Source of the DNA: an uncultured Robinsoniella sp.
GTDB lineage: Bacteria; Bacillota; Clostridia; Lachnospirales; Lachnospiraceae
NCBI GenBank assembly: GCA_965150505.1
Contig: CBCTVZ010000001.1
Coordinates: forward strand, 3,488-67,487
DNA length: 64,000 bases
Reading direction: 5' to 3'
The notes below the pieces were generated by a model, which was not told where the DNA came from, ran no database searches, and was given only the letters and a program-made list of their open reading frames with translations. Every line of letters starts with the position of its first letter. Position 1 is the first letter of the stretch. A program made the translations under genes and the position numbers. Below are positions 1 to 8,650 of the stretch, in pieces.

Positions 1-1331
1 TTTATAAACCAACGATACATTTTCGTTGACTCAATAAATTTCAGTCTTTCCTGCAGCTTTAGAATCTCTTTCTTTAACTCGCCAATCTGTTCGCAGCGAC
101 TTTCTAATTCGACCAATTTTCTCGCCAATCTGTTTTCTGTGTCATTGACAAGCCGTGCCATCTCTTGAATCTGATCTTTTTTCAGCTGATCTCTCAATAA
201 AAATCGAAAATTCACTTCTATTTTATCCCATTTCATTTCTGGATCCATTGGAATCAGAAACATTGGGTCATCATGATCAAAAAGATAAATATTGCCTCTG
301 TTTAACACGGCATTATTTTTCAAATCTTTTGGGAAGATTTCTTTTTTTGTCTCACCGACATACAGATAAATCTTTCCCATCTCAATCTCACACGGTCCAT
401 TTAAAGGATCAAAACGGATCATGCCGATATGCTCATATGTTGTCAAATCCATCGCGATCTTAATCTCTTCATCGGACTCATCGAGTTTTAAGACTACGCT
501 GTCTTCTTCTCTAAAGTTCATATCTTTGGAAGCTAAGATCTGCGCAAACTGGATACTGCCCCCTTGCAGTCGTTCCCATTCATACGTTTTCTTTTCATAT
601 GATTTTATGATATTTTCATATGCGTCCTCTCCGCCGTTTACATACGCATTAAAATGTTCATTCATAGACTGGTAAATTTCTCTGTCTTCTGCGCTTAGAT
701 GAAACAGTTCATACAAATTTTCAGGATCTACCAGCTGCATCAGCTCCTGCCCATGTTTTACATACATTGCTAAAACCGTGCGATAAAAAATAAAGTCAAC
801 TGGAATAGGAAAAGCAAACACCCACTCATAATCAATAATCTGAGGTTTTCCCGTTTCTTCCTCTAAAATAATATTATCCAAAGTCAGGTCAATATTCAGC
901 ATTCTGCTTGACTCTTTGCCTTCGAGTCCCTGCTGATCTCCAAAAACTTGTTTAAATTCCTCTGTCATCTGAAATTCTTCCGTATCCTGAACGCAAAAAT
1001 TCCGCACAAAATCTTGATAATCCTGCAGGAGAATAAAAAACTGATCAATTCTTTCCTGACGAATTGCCGAAAGAAGTCTGTTATAGAAGGTATCGCCCTC
1101 TATATAGGAAAACAAAATTTCTTTTCCAGCTTTCTGACACGGCGCATAATATTCACTTCCATGCGCCCGAAAATAAATATAATTTTGGTGCATACGCTCA
1201 ATATGCTCTTTTGCCTCGTCATTTAGAGGTCTTTTAGAAACCTTTTTTCCTTCTTCTGTCTCATAAATTGCCGTCTCAATCTGAAAGTTTTTTGCTCTTT
1301 CTTTTGTAAATTTTGTATATATTTTTTTCAA
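1..1331 (-). CDS. Partial CDS whose 3' end runs off the left edge; it is absent from the supplied ORF track. Kinase-like phosphotransferase with a C-terminal coiled coil, a candidate glycan chain-terminating kinase (analogue of the WbdD kinase/coiled-coil part).
   Basis: Hand translation of the minus strand is open from ~1340 to nt 1 (>440 codons). Start candidates are TTG 1331 or GTG 1340, after an AGAAGGTGA RBS directly downstream of the methyltransferase stop (1344). A Brenner-type motif NIDLTLDNIIL is followed by IIDYEW. The last ~60 visible aa form a charged heptad-like helix (QIQEMARLVNDTENRLARKLVELESRCEQIGELKKEILKLQERLKFIES). Confidence 0.5.
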   Translation of the reverse strand, partial: MKKIYTKFTKERAKNFQIETAIYETEEGKKVSKRPLNDEAKEHIERMHQNYIYFRAHGSEYYAPCQKAGKEILFSYIEGDTFYNRLLSAIRQERIDQFFILLQDYQDFVRNFCVQDTEEFQMTEEFKQVFGDQQGLEGKESSRMLNIDLTLDNIILEEETGKPQIIDYEWVFAFPIPVDFIFYRTVLAMYVKHGQELMQLVDPENLYELFHLSAEDREIYQSMNEHFNAYVNGGEDAYENIIKSYEKKTYEWERLQGGSIQFAQILASKDMNFREEDSVVLKLDESDEEIKIAMDLTTYEHIGMIRFDPLNGPCEIEMGKIYLYVGETKKEIFPKDLKNNAVLNRGNIYLFDHDDPMFLIPMDPEMKWDKIEVNFRFLLRDQLKKDQIQEMARLVNDTENRLARKLVELESRCEQIGELKKEILKLQERLKFIESTKMYRWFI

Positions 1332-1343
1332 GATGATCACCTT

Positions 1344-2255
1344 CTATTCTTTTCCGATTTCAACAAAAAAGGAATTTGCAAAAAAATCAAACTTTCCTTC
1401 CTCAATCAGCCCTTGATATACGGCTGTCTCATCAAACAGCTTCACACGGCTGTCGTCATATGTGCTAAGTGTACAGATTAAATCCTCTTCTTTTGGAAGA
1501 TAATCATCTGAAAAAATCTGTCTTGGAAACTTATAATCTGGAAATGGATAATAAAATACGGTCTTTGAAAATCCTGCTTCTTCAATAATGGAAATCAACT
1601 TATCTTTTGAGAATGTTCTCACATGGCTGTCACCGCTTGGATATCCTTCCAAGCCCTCAAAATATTTTCCAGTGTGATCTTCTCTGACTCCTCCCCAGTA
1701 TTTCAGCCCATATTTATTTTCAATCGCCATCAAAATTTTTCCGCCCGGCTTTAACATTTTTCCAACGTTTCTTAAGAAATCTGGAAAAGGATTGTCTGTA
1801 GCTGTATAATAGGCGGCATATTCAAACACTCCGATCAGTGTAATATAGTCAAATTCCTGATTCAATTCAATGTCATTAAAATTTCCAACTACAATATTCA
1901 AGTTTGAATATTGTCTGTGGCGCAGTGCATTGATCAAAGATCTGCGCTTTGACAGATCTACGCAAGTGACAGAGCGTGCCGCTCTGCACAAAGCTCCCGT
2001 GACCGCTCCGCATCCTGAACCGACTTCCAATATTCTTGCGCCTTTTTCAAATGGATACCACTCTACAATATTTTCCCGCACTGGCGACATATGATACAAA
2101 ATCGGCCAACGCTTTTCTTTCTTTAAAATTTTATTCCAGTCTGCATCTTCTTTCACCATATCAAGCAATTCCTGCTCAATATCGCCGTCGCTATATTCGT
2201 CATTTCCGGAATAAAATGTATAGTCCATTGTCACTTTTCCTATTTGTTCCTTCAA
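1344..2255 (-). CDS. Class I SAM-dependent methyltransferase
   Basis: SAM-binding motif I ILEVGSGCGAVTGAL, acidic loop CVDLS, and post-I/II motifs (LIGVFEY, LKPGGKILMAIEN). Confidence 0.8.
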   Translation of the reverse strand: MKEQIGKVTMDYTFYSGNDEYSDGDIEQELLDMVKEDADWNKILKKEKRWPILYHMSPVRENIVEWYPFEKGARILEVGSGCGAVTGALCRAARSVTCVDLSKRRSLINALRHRQYSNLNIVVGNFNDIELNQEFDYITLIGVFEYAAYYTATDNPFPDFLRNVGKMLKPGGKILMAIENKYGLKYWGGVREDHTGKYFEGLEGYPSGDSHVRTFSKDKLISIIEEAGFSKTVFYYPFPDYKFPRQIFSDDYLPKEEDLICTLSTYDDSRVKLFDETAVYQGLIEEGKFDFFANSFFVEIGKE

Positions 2256-2293
2256 AATCGTCCCTCCTGTCGCTATGCCCCTGTTTTATTTTT

Positions 2294-3604
2294 TCATTCC
2301 AGAATCGTCTTGATCTCCTCTATGAAAGAAAATGGATTCGGATTTTCACAATATTTTTGATTTCTCTTTCCAAGTGAAACCTCTGCCTGATAGGAACTGC
2401 ACAGCTCATGCAGCTTCTGTGCAACGAGATCAGGGCTGATACTGTTCATGGATACAATATTTTCATTGAAATCTTTTAAATCTTTATTTGCAAATGTATT
2501 TGTGATTACTTTCACTCCAAAAGAAGCCATCTCAAGCGGAGGATAACTTGGATGCGGAGAAGCCATCAAAGAAATTCCAGCATAAGACTCTTCCAGCATT
2601 TTTGCATACTCCTCCAGAGTCAATTTTCCAACGGAGCGGACACTTTTTCCATTTCCCAAATCTACTGGATCATGCTGTTCTCCTGCCGATAAGATTTCCC
2701 ACTGTGCAACGTCTTCCTGCATCCAAACCCATTTTTTTAAAATTGCAACGATCAAATTAAAGGCATTTCGCTCTGTCCCTGGTCTTCCATAAATTAAAAT
2801 CTGCTTCTTTTTTGTCGCATGACCATCTAAGGTGTCCAGATGTTTTTTTAATGTTCCATTTAAGACAGGCTCAAAGGAAAACATCCATGGAAAATGATAT
2901 CCATTCTGAATAAAATAATCTCTGAGCAATCCTGTATTAAAGACAGCAATCTGAGGATATTCATCTTTATATGTGGCATCTGCAAGCAGATATCGCGTAG
3001 ACCACGGATAAAATCCCGGTTCGTAATCCTGAATAAAGTTTATAAACGGTTTTGGAGAGATCCCACATTCTTTCTCAAATCTGCGATATGCCTCCTGAGC
3101 GCAAAAAGCCGTCCACCAGCCTGTGAACATAAAATAATCCTGATCGGATACCGGCATACTCTTTCCAAATCGGTCGCTGTAAGGCAGAATCTGTCTTTTC
3201 TCCTGACTGTCCTGATCTGCCTCTACAAATACATACCGGTCTGTATATGGCGCTTTTGCCGCCTCGCTCGGCGCGGCATCCACTAAAATAATTCTGCTGT
3301 CATATCCTGTTTTGCTGACCAGTTCCTCAAAAAATTTTAATGCTGTTGAAATTCCTCCAAATACGTGTTCTGGATTGATCGATGGTACAAGCAGATTCAA
3401 TCTTTTGTTTGGAAATGAAATTTTCCGAAACGTATATGGCGTAATCTCAGCCACATTTGTGTCAAGTGTCGTTGTCTCTTCCACCACCATATTCGCAGCT
3501 TTGCGTATGGCACGCTTAATTAAATTCTTTTTCATAGTCTCTTTTTTGATACCTCTTTGTTTTTTTATTTTAACCGCGGTACACAGCTGTTCATATCGAG
3601 ACAC
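2294..3604 (-). CDS. WsaF-like (GT-B) glycosyltransferase, possibly a rhamnosyltransferase
   Basis: RLNLLVPSINPEHVFGGISTAL, ILIYGRPGTERNAFNLIV and SLMASPHPSYPPLEMASFG resemble motifs I recall from the WsaF family. The start is uncertain: it overlaps the upstream gene, and an alternative Met lies at 3535. Confidence 0.55.
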   Translation of the reverse strand: MSRYEQLCTAVKIKKQRGIKKETMKKNLIKRAIRKAANMVVEETTTLDTNVAEITPYTFRKISFPNKRLNLLVPSINPEHVFGGISTALKFFEELVSKTGYDSRIILVDAAPSEAAKAPYTDRYVFVEADQDSQEKRQILPYSDRFGKSMPVSDQDYFMFTGWWTAFCAQEAYRRFEKECGISPKPFINFIQDYEPGFYPWSTRYLLADATYKDEYPQIAVFNTGLLRDYFIQNGYHFPWMFSFEPVLNGTLKKHLDTLDGHATKKKQILIYGRPGTERNAFNLIVAILKKWVWMQEDVAQWEILSAGEQHDPVDLGNGKSVRSVGKLTLEEYAKMLEESYAGISLMASPHPSYPPLEMASFGVKVITNTFANKDLKDFNENIVSMNSISPDLVAQKLHELCSSYQAEVSLGKRNQKYCENPNPFSFIEEIKTILE

Positions 3605-5328
3605 TTATTATAGTAAGGATCGCTGTGTCCATGATAATTTTCATACATCTTATAAGAAAGTTTAAAATCTATTTCTGGAATATAAGAATCCCTGCTTTTT
3701 GATTCAAAATGATGCAGTTGTACATAAGGGTCATATACATTGACATATCCTCTGTTAATAGCACGAATGCAGATTTCAATATCACTTCCGCAGATAATAA
3801 ACTGCTCATCAAAATTTCCGATGGTCTCAATCGTCTCTCTTGAGATCGCCATACATGCCCCCGTCACGGCTGTCACATTTCGTGTTACCATTGGTGAGAT
3901 AAACGGTGATCCATAATGAACAGGTTTCATGCCCTTAAATACATGATCTGCCCATCCTCCCATACCAGAGACGACTCCGGCATGTTGGATTGTGCCATCC
4001 TCATAAAGCAGCAGCCCTCCAACGACTCCTGTACCCTTTCTCATCGCTTTTTCTGCTAATCTCTCCATCCAATCAGGCGTAATCACATCCATGTCGTTGT
4101 TCATAAAGATAAAGAGATCTCCCTTGGCCTGACGTATTCCAAAATTATTTAACTTTGACCAGTTAAATTCAAACAGTGCATCCACCACTCGTAGATTGGA
4201 ATATTTCTGTACTGCCTCTGCAAAATATCGTTTTGTTTCCTCTTCTTCTGAATTATTGTTTAAAATAATGATCTCATAATTCGGATACGTTGTTTTTTCT
4301 TCAATCGTGTCAATCACATTTCTCAGATAATCTGCATGGTCTTTTGTCGGCATGATAATGGAAACAAGTGGTTTCGTTTTCAGATGAAATCTGACATCAT
4401 ATACAAATAAAGAATCAGTCTCCTCTGCCGTGGCTGTCCCTTCTCCATAAAAACGGTCAAGATGACTTTGAATCGCCTTTAAGCCTGCCGTCTGCGCATA
4501 CGGTTTGGAATCTGGATTTGCGGCAGTAGAACTTGGAAGCGCTCTCCAATAATATAACACTTTGGCAATGTGTTCGATGTTCTGTGTCTGCTCTACAAGT
4601 CGAAGCATCAAATCATAATCCTGACTACCATTATATTCACTGCGAAATCCTCCAACTTTTTCAAATAAACTTTTGCGAAAACCAAGTAAATGTCCAATAT
4701 ACATCTGGCTTAAAAGCAAATCATACGACCAATCTGGCTTATGAAGCGGCTCTCTATGTTTTCCTTCCTCGTCAATGATATCCTGATCACTGTAAAGAAT
4801 ATCGGCATCTGTCTTTTTAATTCTCTTATAAAATTCATATAATGCACGCGGTGCAAGCTCATCGTCATTGTCCATTAAAACGAGGTATTCTCCTGATGCA
4901 AGGCGCGCCGCTGCGTTCGTGGCTTCAGAAATACCTCCGTTTTCTTTTTGAAACTGTATTTTAATTCTTTTGTCTTCAATTTCTTCCAAATACAGGCGAA
5001 CTTTTGGATCTGTGGAGCAGTCGTCTACGATACAAAGCTCCCAATTTTCATAATTCTGATGGCGAATAGATGAGATCGCCGCTTCAAGCCATTTGATTTC
5101 TACATTGTATACCGGCATTAAAATAGAAAAGCGAATATCGCCTGTACATTTCTGCGCCTCTTTTTCTTCTGGCTCATACGGATACAATTCATAATCTGCA
5201 CGATGTTTAAAATTCTCCATGAATCCCTTCGGTCCATGTTTTATAAAATATTTTATCCCCTTAAAAAATGTCTTTGGTTTTCTGACGCAAAGACTTGCCA
5301 TTGCAAAAATCTTTTTAATTTTCTGCAT
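3565..5328 (-). CDS. Two-domain GT2 glycosyltransferase (tandem GT-A folds), polymerising type
   Basis: There are two GT2 signatures. The first is FSILMPVYNVEIKWLEAAISSIRHQNYENWELCIVDDCSTD ... MDNDDEL. The second is VSIIMPTKDHADYLRNVIDTI...YEIIILNNNS ... MNNDMDV. Confidence 0.8.
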   Translation of the reverse strand: MQKIKKIFAMASLCVRKPKTFFKGIKYFIKHGPKGFMENFKHRADYELYPYEPEEKEAQKCTGDIRFSILMPVYNVEIKWLEAAISSIRHQNYENWELCIVDDCSTDPKVRLYLEEIEDKRIKIQFQKENGGISEATNAAARLASGEYLVLMDNDDELAPRALYEFYKRIKKTDADILYSDQDIIDEEGKHREPLHKPDWSYDLLLSQMYIGHLLGFRKSLFEKVGGFRSEYNGSQDYDLMLRLVEQTQNIEHIAKVLYYWRALPSSTAANPDSKPYAQTAGLKAIQSHLDRFYGEGTATAEETDSLFVYDVRFHLKTKPLVSIIMPTKDHADYLRNVIDTIEEKTTYPNYEIIILNNNSEEEETKRYFAEAVQKYSNLRVVDALFEFNWSKLNNFGIRQAKGDLFIFMNNDMDVITPDWMERLAEKAMRKGTGVVGGLLLYEDGTIQHAGVVSGMGGWADHVFKGMKPVHYGSPFISPMVTRNVTAVTGACMAISRETIETIGNFDEQFIICGSDIEICIRAINRGYVNVYDPYVQLHHFESKSRDSYIPEIDFKLSYKMYENYHGHSDPYYNKCLDMNSCVPRLK

Positions 5329-6610
5329 TCTCTATACTCCTTTTATACGTTACCGTCGAGTCCAGATCACAAAATCCGACAGTAGTTTTCTTTGACAGCA
5401 CTTGAATACAGCAGATATCATACAATCTGTGATAGACGACGAGCGTATCTCCTTCATATCCTGTACACCCAAGCGAAAGTAAATGCTGTCCTCCCTGCAG
5501 AACCATTTTCTGTGAAAATGCAATCTCTACTGTTTCTCCAGCCTCTATCTTCCCTGTATCCGTCTTTTCAATGATCGTATTTGTCCCTGCCAATTCATTT
5601 CCTTTTAAATCCTTGATACTGAACGCAAAAATCGGATTTTCGATCGTCTGATGAAATTTCACTCTCATCTTGATAGTAAACGGCTTCATTTTATAGATCG
5701 TATTGGAAATCTGATTCTCATGATCAAAAATTCCAAAACTTATGATCGTGGCGCGTTTATCCCCATAATCCTGATAGTTCGGATTTAAAAGCATATAATC
5801 AAGCCACGTTCCCTTCTGCACTTCCAAATTGCTCTGCGGCTTTTTTTCTTCTTGCTTTTCCTCTTCTGGCTCATCCTGACCTACCAAAATCTTCTTATAC
5901 AGATCCACCATCTCTTTTGTAGGGCCTTCTGCATATTTTTTTCCGTCGTTAATGATGATCGCTCTCTCACAGTATTTCATCACGCTTCCCATATCATGTG
6001 TCACAAACAATACTGTTTTTCCGCTGTTTTTTAAATCTTCCATCCGTTTATAACATTTTGCCTGAAAGAAGACATCCCCCACCGACAACGCTTCATCAAT
6101 GATTAAAATATCTGGATCTACGCTGATCGCCACAGCAAAGGCAAGGCGTGCAAACATTCCGCTGGAATACGTCTTTACTGGCTGTTTAATAAAATCTCCA
6201 ATATCAGCAAATTTTAAAATCTCTGGAAGCTTCTTCTCCATCTCTTCCTCAGAAAATCCCATCATCGTTCCGCTTAAATATGCGTTTTGAATCCCATTAT
6301 ATTCTGGATTAAATCCGGCTCCAAGCTCTAAAAGCGCTGAAATCTTTCCATTTATCGTCACTTCTCCCGATGTAGGCATCAAAACACCGGTGATAATTTT
6401 TAGAATTGTAGATTTTCCTGCCCCATTTTTTCCAATAATTCCCACCATTTCTCCTTTTTTCACTTCAAAGGAAACATGGTTCAGGGCATGAAATTCTTTG
6501 TGATAACTTTTTTTATGAATACTGAGTGCTTCTTTAAATCTCAACGTTGGCTTATCATAAAGACTGTACACTTTTGAGACATCAGAAACGGAAATTGCTA
6601 TATCACTCAT
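5315..6610 (-). CDS. wzt: Polysaccharide-export ABC ATP-binding protein (Wzt/TagH type) with a C-terminal glycan-binding-like extension
   Basis: Walker A GKNGAGKST, signature YSSGMFARL and Walker B ILIIDEA. An acidic linker (DEPEEEKQEEKK) is followed by a ~160-aa beta-rich C-terminal domain (nt 5315-5803), typical of Wzt_C. Confidence 0.8.
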   Translation of the reverse strand: MSDIAISVSDVSKVYSLYDKPTLRFKEALSIHKKSYHKEFHALNHVSFEVKKGEMVGIIGKNGAGKSTILKIITGVLMPTSGEVTINGKISALLELGAGFNPEYNGIQNAYLSGTMMGFSEEEMEKKLPEILKFADIGDFIKQPVKTYSSGMFARLAFAVAISVDPDILIIDEALSVGDVFFQAKCYKRMEDLKNSGKTVLFVTHDMGSVMKYCERAIIINDGKKYAEGPTKEMVDLYKKILVGQDEPEEEKQEEKKPQSNLEVQKGTWLDYMLLNPNYQDYGDKRATIISFGIFDHENQISNTIYKMKPFTIKMRVKFHQTIENPIFAFSIKDLKGNELAGTNTIIEKTDTGKIEAGETVEIAFSQKMVLQGGQHLLSLGCTGYEGDTLVVYHRLYDICCIQVLSKKTTVGFCDLDSTVTYKRSIENAEN

Positions 6611-6625
6611 CTATTTTCTCCTGTC

Positions 6626-7417
6626 TTATAATACATCTGCAAAATGCGGTTTTAACTTCTGGTATACCTTTCGGCTCACAACAAATAATAAAATGGTAAA
6701 TACCCAAAAATAAATTGTAATCTTCCATCGCTCAAAAAACCAAACATGCCCAATCATGGTGTCACGATATCCCTGAACAATATAAAACATCGGATTCAGC
6801 TTAAAAATCTGTTTTAACCAGCCTGGAAGCGGCATCGTCTCAAACTGCCACATAATCGGTGTCATCCAAACTCCAATCTGCATAATAATTCCTACAATCT
6901 GTGTTGTGTCGCGAAAAAATACGGCAATCGCTGAAGTTAGATAGCAGACAGCCAGAGACAGTAAAATCATTGCCGCTGAATAATAAAGCAGCTGAATCAC
7001 AATTATTCCTGGAAATAGTCCCATGATCGCATAGCAGACAAGAAGCAGAATCACAAAAAAGCCATGTACAAATAAAGACGACATAATTTTTACAATCGGA
7101 AGAATTTTAATCTCAAATTTTACTTTTTTGACAAGATAATTATATTCTAAAAAACAGTTTGTTCCATTAATTACGGATTCTGAAAAATAAAACCATGGAA
7201 TCAAACCTGCCATCAGCCAAAGCACAAACGGTATATTTTCTATATCTGAACTGCGAAATCCCAACTGAAAGACGAACCAGTACAATAAAATGGTAATCAA
7301 AGGCTGCACAAAAGCCCAGAAAATGCCGAAATAAGAACCGGCATATTTTGTCCGGAAATCATTTTTTGCAAGATATATCATTAATTTTTTATTCTTTTTC
7401 AAGGTTTCCATCGACAA
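6626..7417 (-). CDS. wzm: ABC-2 type polysaccharide export permease (Wzm/TagG type)
   Basis: N-terminal motif KNDFRTKYAGSYFGIFWAFVQPL, six predicted TM segments, and adjacency to wzt. Confidence 0.85.
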   Translation of the reverse strand: MSMETLKKNKKLMIYLAKNDFRTKYAGSYFGIFWAFVQPLITILLYWFVFQLGFRSSDIENIPFVLWLMAGLIPWFYFSESVINGTNCFLEYNYLVKKVKFEIKILPIVKIMSSLFVHGFFVILLLVCYAIMGLFPGIIVIQLLYYSAAMILLSLAVCYLTSAIAVFFRDTTQIVGIIMQIGVWMTPIMWQFETMPLPGWLKQIFKLNPMFYIVQGYRDTMIGHVWFFERWKITIYFWVFTILLFVVSRKVYQKLKPHFADVL

Positions 7418-7576
7418 TTTTCTCCTTTTTTCGGTATTTTTACTGTGATTTTTTCCAACCTGCTCTTCACTTTCCTTTCTCTGCTCTGATCTGCTTTTTG
7501 AACGCAGACAAGCAGTATCAAAAGATACTGCTGTTCTAAGCCTTTTTAATTCTGTATAGAGAGTATAACAAACATC

Positions 7577-8515
7577 CTATTTTTCTTCAACTCTTTTTCC
7601 TTCCTTACCGATTTGGGCAGAAATCAGATATCGTGGCCGTCCTTTTACTTCTTCGTAAATTTTAGCGATATAATATCCGATAATTCCAAGACTGATCATC
7701 ACAATACTTCCTATAATCAAAATCAACAAAATTACGGTTGTAAATCCTTCCACCGCATGACCTGAAAAATAGCGCACAAGCGACTGAATCCCTAAAACAA
7801 CTGCCATTAGCAGAACAAATGTGCCTGCAATCGTGACAAGCTGCATCGGCGCTGCTGAAAAAGAAGCAATATTCGTAACGGCATATTTTATGAGAGACCA
7901 TGTGGACCATTTCGATTCTCCTTCTTCTCTCTCCTGCACATCAAATTCCACCGTTGCCGTTCGATAGCCGATCCATGATGATAATGCTCTAAAAAAGGCA
8001 TTTCTCTCTGGCATAGCAAGCAGTGCATCGACTGCTTTTCTGTCAAGCAATTTATAATCGGATGCCCTTGACATATCAATCTTGACTGCCATCGTCATCA
8101 GACGGTAAAACAAGCCTGCGCTTGCCTTATGAAGGGCGCTTTCTTCTCCTCTGCTCTTTTTTACTCCTTCTACAACCTCATATCCCTGCTCCCACAGGCG
8201 ATACATCTCTACAAGCGTCTGCGGAGGATGCTGCAGATCACAGTCCATGACGGCGCAACAATCTCCTTCTGCTCCTGCAAGTCCGGCAAAAATTGCAGAT
8301 TCTTTTCCAAAATTTCTTGAAAACAACAGTCCTCTTACATGAGTATTTTTTTCAGCTGCCTTTTTTATCTCTTCCCAAGTTCTATCCTTTGAACCATCAT
8401 TTATAAAAATCAGTTCATAAGAGATATCAGCCTGTTCTAAAATTTCTGAAATTACTTCTGCTGCTTTTCCTACCATTTTTTCTTCATTGTAGGCAGGCAA
8501 TACTACTGACAGCAT
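7577..8515 (-). CDS. GT2 polyprenyl-phosphate sugar synthase (GtrB/CsbB/ArnC-like)
   Basis: LSVVLPAYNEEKMV...LIFINDGSKDRT...MDCDLQHPP, plus two C-terminal TM helices. This is the characteristic GtrB-like architecture. Confidence 0.8.
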   Translation of the reverse strand: MLSVVLPAYNEEKMVGKAAEVISEILEQADISYELIFINDGSKDRTWEEIKKAAEKNTHVRGLLFSRNFGKESAIFAGLAGAEGDCCAVMDCDLQHPPQTLVEMYRLWEQGYEVVEGVKKSRGEESALHKASAGLFYRLMTMAVKIDMSRASDYKLLDRKAVDALLAMPERNAFFRALSSWIGYRTATVEFDVQEREEGESKWSTWSLIKYAVTNIASFSAAPMQLVTIAGTFVLLMAVVLGIQSLVRYFSGHAVEGFTTVILLILIIGSIVMISLGIIGYYIAKIYEEVKGRPRYLISAQIGKEGKRVEEK

Positions 8516-8610
8516 TTCTCAACATCCTTTCTTTTTTTTACTCTTTTTTTAATCTTACACCATGTATACAATCCCGTCAAAGTTCTTTTCTATTTTTTAA
8601 TCAAATATTA

Positions 8611-8645
8611 AGAAGAGGCGGATTTACTCCAGCCTCTTCTTTTTC
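8611..8645. terminator. Hairpin just downstream of the 1776-aa gene, terminator-like
   Basis: Stem AGAAGAGGC (8611-8619) pairs with GCCTCTTCT (8632-8640). The T-run sits on the plus-strand side and an A-run on the other. For the minus-strand gene the trailing tract is only AT-rich. Confidence 0.35.
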
Positions 8646-8650
8646 ATTTC

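Noticed and set aside
7418-7576. Hairpins (AGCAGTATC/GATACTGCT and TCTGC/GCAGA) in the spacer between the GtrB-like gene and wzm. A similar pair lies at 17445-17542.
   Set aside because: They are not followed by a U-tract on the coding strand and lie inside an apparently continuous operon. They could be RNA-processing or stability elements, but I cannot support a specific call.
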